Assembly (NCBI GenBank): GCA_045106415.1
Contig: JBGCEP010000043.1
Coordinates: forward strand, 1-64,000
Reading direction: 5' to 3'
Origin: Oligoflexales bacterium
GTDB lineage: Bacteria; Bdellovibrionota_B; Oligoflexia; Oligoflexales; Bog-1112
Length of the DNA: 64,000 nt
The notes under the pieces: generated by a model
What the model was told of the DNA's origin: nothing
The model's database searches: none
Seen by the model: only the letters and a program-made list of their open reading frames with translations
Translations under genes and position numbers: made by a program
In this document: positions 48,861 through 56,715 of the stretch, piece after piece
Position numbering within the stretch: the stretch's first letter is position 1
Layout of the letters: each line of letters opens with the position of its first letter

Positions 48861-48939
48861 AAGATTTTTTATTAGATTTCAAAAGCTTTTCTCAAGCTCT
48901 TCCTCCGAGATCCGAAATAGGTCTCGGAGGTTAGAGGTT

Positions 48940-49785
48940 ATGGTCTATAAAAAGTTAGCACTCCTGTGCGCACCGGTCATTTATATCACTTTAAGCTGTA
49001 GTTCAAGCGAGAGCGAGCCTCCAGTGGTTCCACTTGATCCTCTCACAGCATCTATGTCTCTTCCTATGGACATGCAAACACCCCTTCCTCAACTAACATC
49101 TCAGTGGCTTTACAAGAGCATGACGAGAAAAGGCCTCACTTCTTTTGGGGGAAACCCATCCCCGGAAATACAAGTCGAGTGCCACTTACAAGATTCGGAT
49201 ACTCCTTGCTACTTCAGTTCTCAATTTAACGAACTGCAAAAATTTCCAGAAAGTATTACAGAGCATCTATACAATTCAATGAGAGAGATGCGAGCCGACC
49301 TAGGTTCACACGGGATCATCACAGCCTCTATTCAATGCTCTGCTCTTGAGCCCCATGACCCACCCTATGAGCTTGAGAAAGTCACCTGTTCAGTCTTAAA
49401 AACAAGGCACCCTCGAGAGCATTTTTTAAACTCTGAGGTATCTGTCCATCTCACTGATAGCTTAATCGGAAATCACCCTTACCCAGATCAAGGTGTCTTA
49501 ACAGGTTCTTTACGCTGCTGGTGGAATGAGTTAGATCGACCTCGTTGTCTTACTCGTAAAGCGCCTAGCAATAAAGTCTCTGCTATTCCTCACATGTTGA
49601 GCAATGAGCTAGGAGAAGAGCTCTTATTTCTAGAAAAAAGGACATATGGTATGCAAAATCACGTAAAAGATAATGACAAACAACTCGTTGCAGATCTTTA
49701 TTGCGAAATTGATAATAGGCCTGCTAAAAAGAATCAACCTAGAAAAAGTTTATGCCGTATTCAGATGACTAATTTTAAAGGATAA
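48940..49785 (+). CDS. Lipoprotein with four degenerate Cys-pair repeats
   Basis: ITLSC lipobox; repeated helix + C..C modules; TCAA-N15-TCCGAAAT upstream. Confidence 0.7.
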   Translation: MVYKKLALLCAPVIYITLSCSSSESEPPVVPLDPLTASMSLPMDMQTPLPQLTSQWLYKSMTRKGLTSFGGNPSPEIQVECHLQDSDTPCYFSSQFNELQKFPESITEHLYNSMREMRADLGSHGIITASIQCSALEPHDPPYELEKVTCSVLKTRHPREHFLNSEVSVHLTDSLIGNHPYPDQGVLTGSLRCWWNELDRPRCLTRKAPSNKVSAIPHMLSNELGEELLFLEKRTYGMQNHVKDNDKQLVADLYCEIDNRPAKKNQPRKSLCRIQMTNFKG

Positions 49786-49834
49786 AAACAGCGGTAACCG
49801 TTCACATCTTTCCATAAAAACCACAGGACCGTTC

Positions 49835-51112
49835 TCACAAATAACCGCACGCCTTTGCATCAAACTCTAAATTTTCGCGATGTGAAGGATGTGCAATTCG
49901 AATCATTGCTCTTGCACGGTCTCTAATACTCAATCCACGGAGTGCAGCAACCCCATACTCTGTGATGATGGTATCTACATCATTACGGCTCACGCTTACT
50001 TTAGCACCTGCTTGTAAAGTTACAGTTATCTTCGATCTACCTTTTCGTGTTTGCGAACGCATAGCAATGATAGCTCGGCCATCCGAAGACAATTGAGCTC
50101 CAATGTGTGTGTCAGCAGCACCGCCAACTCCGCTTAACTCAAGGTGACCAATCGATTCTGAACACACCTGTCCTGTGACATCAACTTCTATAGCCGAGTT
50201 CACTGAGCACATACGATGATTACGGCCGATACGATATGGATCATTCACCACTGAAGCTGGATGAAGTTCGACGCCAGGATTACGATCTACAAAGCGATAA
50301 AGCTCCGCACTCCCGTATGCAAACGATCCAACAATACGCTCAGGCCATAAACTTTTCTGAGAGCCATCGATAGCCCCACTTAGCATAAGCTGCATCATTG
50401 TGTCATTAATCATTTCTGTATGAACACCAAGGTTCTGATGGTTTTTCAAAGACTTCGTTAAAGCATTAGGAATAGCTCCTATGCCAAGCTGAAGAGTAGC
50501 TCCATGCGGAATCAAATCAGCAATACGTTCTGCAATATCATGATCAACTTGTTGTGGTTCTTCTAGCTCTAAAGTTGGAATTTCGTGTTGTGATTCAATC
50601 AAACCATCAACATAATCTAAACTTACTGCTGTGGAACCATAGGTAAACGGCACAGATTCATTCATTTCGAGAAAGACTTTTTTTGCCTTCTTCAAAAGCT
50701 CATACTCGTAACAAACACTCGTCCCTAAACTTACATATCCTTTTTTATCCGGATAAGAACACGTCCCCCAAAAGATATCAGGAGGATTCGAAGCGGTAAG
50801 GTTTCTCACCCACTGAGAAAGATTCTGAGGTACATATTGAATATGAGATTTCTTCTGATGAAACCTTACAGAAGGCGTTAAAAACATAGGCAACACCTCA
50901 ACCTGACTTAAATCCCAGGATGAAGAAAAAATAGGGTATGCTTGCGAAGGGTTTGCACAGTAAATTTTAATATTTTTTAAGTGTTCGCATCGACGATGAA
51001 TTGCATGGTAAAAACTTTGAGGTTCAGCTGCTGCCATAGCTGTTATAATAATATCACCACTTCTTATACTATGTAGAGCTTCTTCAACATCCATCATCTT
51101 CGCTGCATGCAC
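49835..51112 (-). CDS. Acetyl-CoA hydrolase/4-hydroxybutyrate CoA-transferase family
   Basis: LQLGIGAIP, LGVHTEM, NSAIEVDVTGQVCSES, SGVGG..D, ITEYGVA.LRG. Confidence 0.92.
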   Translation of the reverse strand: MHAAKMMDVEEALHSIRSGDIIITAMAAAEPQSFYHAIHRRCEHLKNIKIYCANPSQAYPIFSSSWDLSQVEVLPMFLTPSVRFHQKKSHIQYVPQNLSQWVRNLTASNPPDIFWGTCSYPDKKGYVSLGTSVCYEYELLKKAKKVFLEMNESVPFTYGSTAVSLDYVDGLIESQHEIPTLELEEPQQVDHDIAERIADLIPHGATLQLGIGAIPNALTKSLKNHQNLGVHTEMINDTMMQLMLSGAIDGSQKSLWPERIVGSFAYGSAELYRFVDRNPGVELHPASVVNDPYRIGRNHRMCSVNSAIEVDVTGQVCSESIGHLELSGVGGAADTHIGAQLSSDGRAIIAMRSQTRKGRSKITVTLQAGAKVSVSRNDVDTIITEYGVAALRGLSIRDRARAMIRIAHPSHRENLEFDAKACGYL

Positions 51113-51121
51113 TCTTGACTC

Positions 51122-52549
51122 CTAAAACTCATGACTTGGAAACGAAGCTCTTATCGCACTTTGAATTTCATTCCAAATTTTTAAATACTCGCTGTTATGT
51201 TCCTCTACAGGATACAAAAAAATATCAGGAATATCCAAAGAATGCTCACAAGAAGCGCATAATCTTTTATCAGAACCCCGATAAAAACAAATGCTTTCTC
51301 CGACATCTTTTCCCCGCGAAAAAGAAACCAAATATTTATCTATATTTTTTTTATATAAATTTTCTCTCAAAGTTGACATAATTTTTTTTTCAATAACCGG
51401 ATATATTTGCACAGACTGTATCCGGGATGTCTTCAAAAGTTTTATTTGATCATAATACTGATGTTCATTTAAAGGATGATAAGATCTTTGTGCATTTAAT
51501 CTTCTTATTCCAAAACCAAACGTATACCACTCTAAAGTTTGAACAATATCTCCATGCTCTCTTCGTTCTATATTTGTCGTTTTTTCAAGTGACTTTAATG
51601 ATCCATACAACCAACAGCGCAAAGACAGCATCCAAAACCGTTGAAAGAATAATTGACGAGCTCTATTTCCTCTTAAAGTGGATCTTTTCTCCCTTCTATC
51701 CTTTGCTATAGCGTCAATGAACATCATTTTCACACACAAAAGAACATTCTTCTTATCCAATGATGCTAACCATTTATGAGCATCAGGTTGACTTAATGCT
51801 TTTTGTATAGATTGCTGCATACCATTTATAGAATAAATATTATGATCAAGTATAAAGAAACAACCAAATTCTTCTTCTAAAAATTTCATAAGATATGTCA
51901 ATCCATAATAGTCACTTCTTTTATATAAAATTTTAGCTTGTTCAAAAGATAGATCATCAACACGATCGATTCTTCCTTCGTTCTCGATGAAATTATAAAT
52001 CCATTTAAAAATTTTTTTATCAATTATTTTTTTTGAAACAATAACTCTTTTTTCATCATCATGCGGTATTTCAAACCGAGTATTAAGCAACATCACTTGT
52101 AAAGCAGAAAAACACACACAAGGATGCAACAACATATCAACGTCAAGTTCGTACACATCGTCACAAACTTTAAACACAATAGTTTCATCACTCTGAAACG
52201 ATTCAATATGATTGACTAATACTTCAAATGATTCTTCTAACTCAAGAAGTTCTTTCTTTTTTTCAGAGCAAGCCCGCTGAAGATCCTGCAAACGCAATTC
52301 CCCGAGTTTTAATGAATCTTCAATTTTTCTTACCATAGAAAAGCATTTCGATGAGCATTCTGCTTCTTTCTCAACACTTAAGCTTTGAATTTTTTTCTGT
52401 GCTTTTAAGCTATATTCATCGATTGACTTTTTAAGTTCCAGTTCTCTTTCTGCATATTGCTGTGCAAATTGTCCTGATTTTCCAAAAAGAAAAACTCCAT
52501 ATAACGGAGACGCACAAAAAAAAGTTATAAATACCCACTTGAGCATCAA
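51122..52549 (-). CDS. Secreted coiled-coil protein with BTB/POZ (KCTD T1-like) domain
   Basis: Signal peptide, coiled coil, then IVFKVCDDVYEL..DML...SALQVML...IDKKIFKWIYNFI..G.....LYKRSDYYGLTYLMKFL. Confidence 0.65.
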   Translation of the reverse strand: MMLKWVFITFFCASPLYGVFLFGKSGQFAQQYAERELELKKSIDEYSLKAQKKIQSLSVEKEAECSSKCFSMVRKIEDSLKLGELRLQDLQRACSEKKKELLELEESFEVLVNHIESFQSDETIVFKVCDDVYELDVDMLLHPCVCFSALQVMLLNTRFEIPHDDEKRVIVSKKIIDKKIFKWIYNFIENEGRIDRVDDLSFEQAKILYKRSDYYGLTYLMKFLEEEFGCFFILDHNIYSINGMQQSIQKALSQPDAHKWLASLDKKNVLLCVKMMFIDAIAKDRREKRSTLRGNRARQLFFQRFWMLSLRCWLYGSLKSLEKTTNIERREHGDIVQTLEWYTFGFGIRRLNAQRSYHPLNEHQYYDQIKLLKTSRIQSVQIYPVIEKKIMSTLRENLYKKNIDKYLVSFSRGKDVGESICFYRGSDKRLCASCEHSLDIPDIFLYPVEEHNSEYLKIWNEIQSAIRASFPSHEF

Positions 52550-52849
52550 ATTTCTCCAGAATTCATCACAGTATCATTCAGTATAGATACCATTCAAAAA
52601 AGGCTATGACACTCAAAAAAAAGAAAGACTTAAGACCCATCATACATGAATGAAAAAAATCAATTCGGCAGAGAATTTTTCAAAAACTTAAAAAATATTT
52701 ATTTCGCAATATCAAAAAATGCAGATGATTTTTAAAAAACACCTGATATTCAAATCGTTTTACAATAATTTTGAATAGAAACAGTGAAAAATATCCCAAT
52801 ACCTTCTATAACTATGAATGATTAAAATATTTATGATTTGGGTAATGTT

Positions 52850-54466
52850 ATGAAATCAAAGATCCGACGTGTCCTCACTGTCGTCATGGATGGTGTTGGG
52901 CTCTCCCCGCATCGATTTGGAAATGCTGTCGCTTGTGCATATACACCAACGATGGATGCTCTTATTCAATCACATTTGACGACTCAGTTATTCGCCCATG
53001 GCTCTTGGGTTGGATTACCAAGCAATCAAGATATTGGAAATAGTGAAGTCGGACACAACGCACTAGGAAGCGGTCAAACAATTGAACAAGGCGCCTCACT
53101 TATTAACACAGCTTTTAAAGATGGATCTTTATTTGCAGGAAAAACTTGGAAAAAAGCTGTTTCTTACGCCAAAGAACACAAAGGGTCTCTTCATTTTCTG
53201 GGGCTATTATCTGACGGAAATGTTCATAGTCACGAGCAACACCTCGCTCATTTGATTGAAGAAGCCTTTAAAGAAAAACTACCGATTCGAGTCCATATTC
53301 TTACCGATGGCCGTGATGTCGCAGATCCCTCAGCAGAAATCTACATTACAAAGCTCGAAATGCAGCTCAAAAAAATTCGTGATCTCGGCGGAGATGCCGC
53401 AATAGCTTCTGGCGGCGGGCGTATGGCAATGACTATGGATCGCTATAATGCAGACTGGGAGATGGTTCGAAAAGGTTGGATGACTCATGTCCACGGTGAA
53501 GCAGAACGTTTCCCTGATGCTTCATCTGCCTTAAAATTTTTCCGTAACCAAGGTTTCAGCGATCAGAACCTACCACCTTTTGTTATACATGACGCAAAAG
53601 GTCCTGTAGGAAAAATAAAGAGTGGTGACAGTGTTATTCTTTTTAATTTTCGAGGTGATCGAGCCATTCAGATTTGTAATACCTTTGAAAAAACAGAATT
53701 TGAACATTTTGACAGATCTTCTCACCCCAAAGTTTTTTTTGCAGGCATGATGCAGTACGACGGAGATGACAACATCCCTAAAAACTACCTTGTCTCACCA
53801 CCCATGATTGAAAAACCTCTAAGCGAACACCTAGCTCATCAAGGGATTCGTCAATTTGCCTGTAGTGAGACTCAAAAATATGGTCACGTTACTTATTTCT
53901 GGAACGGTAATCGATCTGGCTACTTTGATAAAAAAATCGAAAATTACACTGAAATTCTCTCTGATCACCCTTCAGAATTCCATCTACGACCATGGATGAA
54001 AGCTGTTGAAATCACCAACACAACTATTAAAGCTATGGAACAAAATCAATTCGATTGTGGACGTATCAATTATGCAAATGGGGATATGGTTGGGCACACA
54101 GGAAATTTTGAAAGCGCAGTTCTAGCTGTACAAATTATCGATCAACAACTTCAGCGCTTAATAGAGGCAGCACGAAAAACACAAACAACATTAATCATAA
54201 CCGCAGATCATGGCAACTGTGATGAAATGTTTATCACACAGGACAGCTCAAAATACCCTCTTTGGGAAAGTGGACAACAACGCCCTCCCGCAAAAACCTC
54301 ACACACACTATCAAAAGTTCCTCTCTGGATCGTGCACCCAAAGAATGATGATTGGTCTCTTCGGCAAGAAAAATGCTGTTTAGCGAACGTTGCCAACACA
54401 ATACTTGAATGCATGGGACTCTCAGCTGATCCCTCCTATGAGGAAAGCCTTCTAAAAAGAAAGTAA
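52850..54466 (+). CDS. gpmI: 2,3-bisphosphoglycerate-independent phosphoglycerate mutase
   Basis: VMDGVG, GNSEVGH, SDGNVHS, NFRGDR, DMVGHTG, TADHGN. Confidence 0.96.
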   Translation: MKSKIRRVLTVVMDGVGLSPHRFGNAVACAYTPTMDALIQSHLTTQLFAHGSWVGLPSNQDIGNSEVGHNALGSGQTIEQGASLINTAFKDGSLFAGKTWKKAVSYAKEHKGSLHFLGLLSDGNVHSHEQHLAHLIEEAFKEKLPIRVHILTDGRDVADPSAEIYITKLEMQLKKIRDLGGDAAIASGGGRMAMTMDRYNADWEMVRKGWMTHVHGEAERFPDASSALKFFRNQGFSDQNLPPFVIHDAKGPVGKIKSGDSVILFNFRGDRAIQICNTFEKTEFEHFDRSSHPKVFFAGMMQYDGDDNIPKNYLVSPPMIEKPLSEHLAHQGIRQFACSETQKYGHVTYFWNGNRSGYFDKKIENYTEILSDHPSEFHLRPWMKAVEITNTTIKAMEQNQFDCGRINYANGDMVGHTGNFESAVLAVQIIDQQLQRLIEAARKTQTTLIITADHGNCDEMFITQDSSKYPLWESGQQRPPAKTSHTLSKVPLWIVHPKNDDWSLRQEKCCLANVANTILECMGLSADPSYEESLLKRK

Positions 54467-54472
54467 ATAATC

Positions 54473-55276
54473 ATGACACCAGTATCGCAAGCACTTGAGA
54501 GTTTCCAACAGACTATCTCACAACTTCGTTCTAAAGATGGATGCCCATGGATCAAAAGCCAAGACCATCTCTCTCTCAGAAAGTTTCTACTTGAAGAAAC
54601 TTATGAAGTTTTACACGAAATTAACGAACAACGTTACGATAGCAGCTTATGTCATGAACTTGGCGACCTTCTTTTACAGGTAGTTCTCCATGCTCACATT
54701 GCTTCAGAAAACAACCGCTTCACATTAAAGGACGTCATCGAATCGATTGAGCATAAAATGCGACACCGTAACCCTCACGTCTTCGAGAAAAAGCAAAAAC
54801 TAACAATAGAAGAAGTTCATCAACAATGGGAAAAAATAAAAATGGAAGAACAACACTTCAACACGTCAAAAATTAAAAACAGTCTGCAAAAAATTTCTTC
54901 CTACGGCCCAGCAACATTGCAGGCAGAAAAAATTGGGGATAAAGCCAAAGAGCTCAATTTTGACTGGTCACACGTAAACCAAGTGATTGATAAACTTCAA
55001 GAGGAGCTAAATGAAGTCAAAGATGCACTCCAAACTGGAAATATGAAACACACACAAGAAGAGATTGGCGACCTCTACTTCACAATCGCACAGGTCTGTA
55101 GACACCTGAATTTCGATCCTGAAGACACAGCTAAAAAAGGGAATATAAAATTTCTAAAGAGATTTCAAAAACTGCAAGAACTGGCAGAAAAGGCGAACAT
55201 TAATCTAAAACATTCAACACAATCTGAACTTGAAACTTTTTGGTTAGAAGCAAAAAAACAAGAAACGCAACATTAA
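54473..55276 (+). CDS. mazG: Nucleoside triphosphate pyrophosphohydrolase MazG
   Basis: GCPW, LLEETYEV, ELGDLLLQVVLHA, second domain EEIGDL. Confidence 0.95.
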   Translation: MTPVSQALESFQQTISQLRSKDGCPWIKSQDHLSLRKFLLEETYEVLHEINEQRYDSSLCHELGDLLLQVVLHAHIASENNRFTLKDVIESIEHKMRHRNPHVFEKKQKLTIEEVHQQWEKIKMEEQHFNTSKIKNSLQKISSYGPATLQAEKIGDKAKELNFDWSHVNQVIDKLQEELNEVKDALQTGNMKHTQEEIGDLYFTIAQVCRHLNFDPEDTAKKGNIKFLKRFQKLQELAEKANINLKHSTQSELETFWLEAKKQETQH

Positions 55277-55315
55277 AAAAAGCCTGGTTCTCTATAAAAG
55301 AGACCAGGCTTTTTT
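55275..55315. terminator. Bidirectional intrinsic terminator between mazG and rpsT
   Basis: A7-GCCTGGT...ACCAGGC-T6 between convergent genes. Confidence 0.85.
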
Positions 55316-55330
55316 CATCTTGAAGAAAGA

Positions 55331-55675
55331 CTACTTGCGCTTACGCACTTGAGTTTTCTTACGACGAGATGTTGTACTTGCAACTTGCAATTCGCCTTTT
55401 TCAGCCTTAACAACCATCTTTGTCAATCGTGTGACATTACGAGATGCGTTATTACGGTGAATCAAACCCTTTTGAGCAGCACGCTCAAGAAGACTTTGCG
55501 CTTGCTTTAAAAGAGAAGAAGCTGTTTGAACATCTCCCTCACCTTTAATAATAGCTTCACCTGCTTGACGTACCGACTTCACAACACTACGCATATGGCG
55601 TAAGTAACCTTTGTTACGTTGGTTGCGCACGATATCTTGACGAGCTCGTTTTTTTGCTGATTTATGATTTGCCAC
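55331..55675 (-). CDS. rpsT: 30S ribosomal protein S20 (C-terminally extended)
   Basis: MANHKSAKKRARQ, KGLIHRNNASR; GTG start. Confidence 0.95.
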   Translation of the reverse strand: MANHKSAKKRARQDIVRNQRNKGYLRHMRSVVKSVRQAGEAIIKGEGDVQTASSLLKQAQSLLERAAQKGLIHRNNASRNVTRLTKMVVKAEKGELQVASTTSRRKKTQVRKRK

Positions 55676-55696
55676 TTCAAATCCTCACTGTGATTC

Positions 55697-55813
55697 TTAA
55701 GAAGATGCTTTCGCCTGAGAACCTTGCTTTAAACGCAACAGCTTCTCATGCTTTTTTCGCTGTTGCTTACGGCGGCGCATCTTACGTGTTAGTCTATTAT
55801 CTCCACGACCCAT
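55697..55813 (-). CDS. Small basic protein, candidate ribosomal protein (bTHX/bS22-like)
   Basis: MGRGDNRLTRKMRRRKQQRKKHEKLLRLKQGSQAKASS (38 aa); AGAGGAG SD; fills the rpmB-rpsT gap. Confidence 0.75.
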   Translation of the reverse strand: MGRGDNRLTRKMRRRKQQRKKHEKLLRLKQGSQAKASS

Positions 55814-55832
55814 TGTCGCTCTCCTCTATTTA

Positions 55833-56063
55833 CTACTTCAGTTTCAAACCGGCTCTGCGAGCGTATGCATCCAAACCCAACTTATCAATCGTACGAATAG
55901 CAGCTGCACTCACACGAAGGCTGATAAGACGACCAAGATCATCTGACCAAAATCTTTTACGCTGAAGATTTGGTAAAAAACGGTGCTTACTCTTGGTATT
56001 AGAGTGAGACACACGGTGCCCACTTTGCACACCCTTACCGCTTAATTGGCACACTCTAGACAT
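55833..56063 (-). CDS. rpmB: 50S ribosomal protein L28
   Basis: [10 protein letters not shown]...[21 protein letters not shown] at 56063 overlaps the rpsR stop. Confidence 0.95.
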   Translation of the reverse strand: MSRVCQLSGKGVQSGHRVSHSNTKSKHRFLPNLQRKRFWSDDLGRLISLRVSAAAIRTIDKLGLDAYARRAGLKLK

Positions 56064-56457
56064 CAGTCTCTCCTCGTTCACTAGATTCAGCGTCAGAACC
56101 TTCACGAGACTCTCTCTCGCCTTCTTCTGAACGTCGAACATTGCCACCACGACGGAAACTAGCCGCTGCAAACGTTTGTGCAACATTTTGCATTTCACCT
56201 GAGAAACCACGTTCTGTAACGTGAGCAACAGATGGAGCTAAAAGACCTAAGTAACGAGCACGTTTGATTGCAAGTGTAATCTTCGCCTGTTGTGCTTCAG
56301 TTGCACCTGAAATACGACGAGGAATAATCTTACCACGATCAGTTACGAATCGTTTTAAAATCTCTGCCTGCTTATAATCAATAATAAGCCCCGGATCTAC
56401 AGTGCGCTTTCTGCGCATCAAAAACCGGCGACGCTTTTTTTTGGCTGATGTTCTCAC
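56056..56457 (-). CDS. rpsR: 30S ribosomal protein S18 (no Cys, C-terminally extended)
   Basis: IDYK...[18 protein letters not shown]...[11 protein letters not shown]. Confidence 0.95.
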   Translation of the reverse strand: MRTSAKKKRRRFLMRRKRTVDPGLIIDYKQAEILKRFVTDRGKIIPRRISGATEAQQAKITLAIKRARYLGLLAPSVAHVTERGFSGEMQNVAQTFAAASFRRGGNVRRSEEGERESREGSDAESSERGETDV

Positions 56458-56715
56458 ACATCCCTCCAGTTAATCCTAGGTTGCGCTCTTTTCATCAAGA
56501 GCACGGGTTTACAACCCGGTCGAATGGAGACTCATATCCCATCTAGCAACTAATAACAATATATTTTTATAAAAAGCCGCTATAATTGAGCAAATAAGTC
56601 AACAGTTGAGCGCCCGTGAGAATTTAAGACAATTGCGTCAAAGTCACTACCCCCCGACAAAAGCATCTGGCATGATACACCTCGCTTGATAGCCTCGTTC
56701 GACAAGGAGCTTTAT

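Noticed and set aside
55654..55965. 103-aa plus-strand ORF
   Set aside because: Antisense shadow of rpmB and the small basic ORF.
56064..56228. N-terminally extended L28 (131 aa)
   Set aside because: Alternative frame of rpsR; canonical MSRVC start at 56063.
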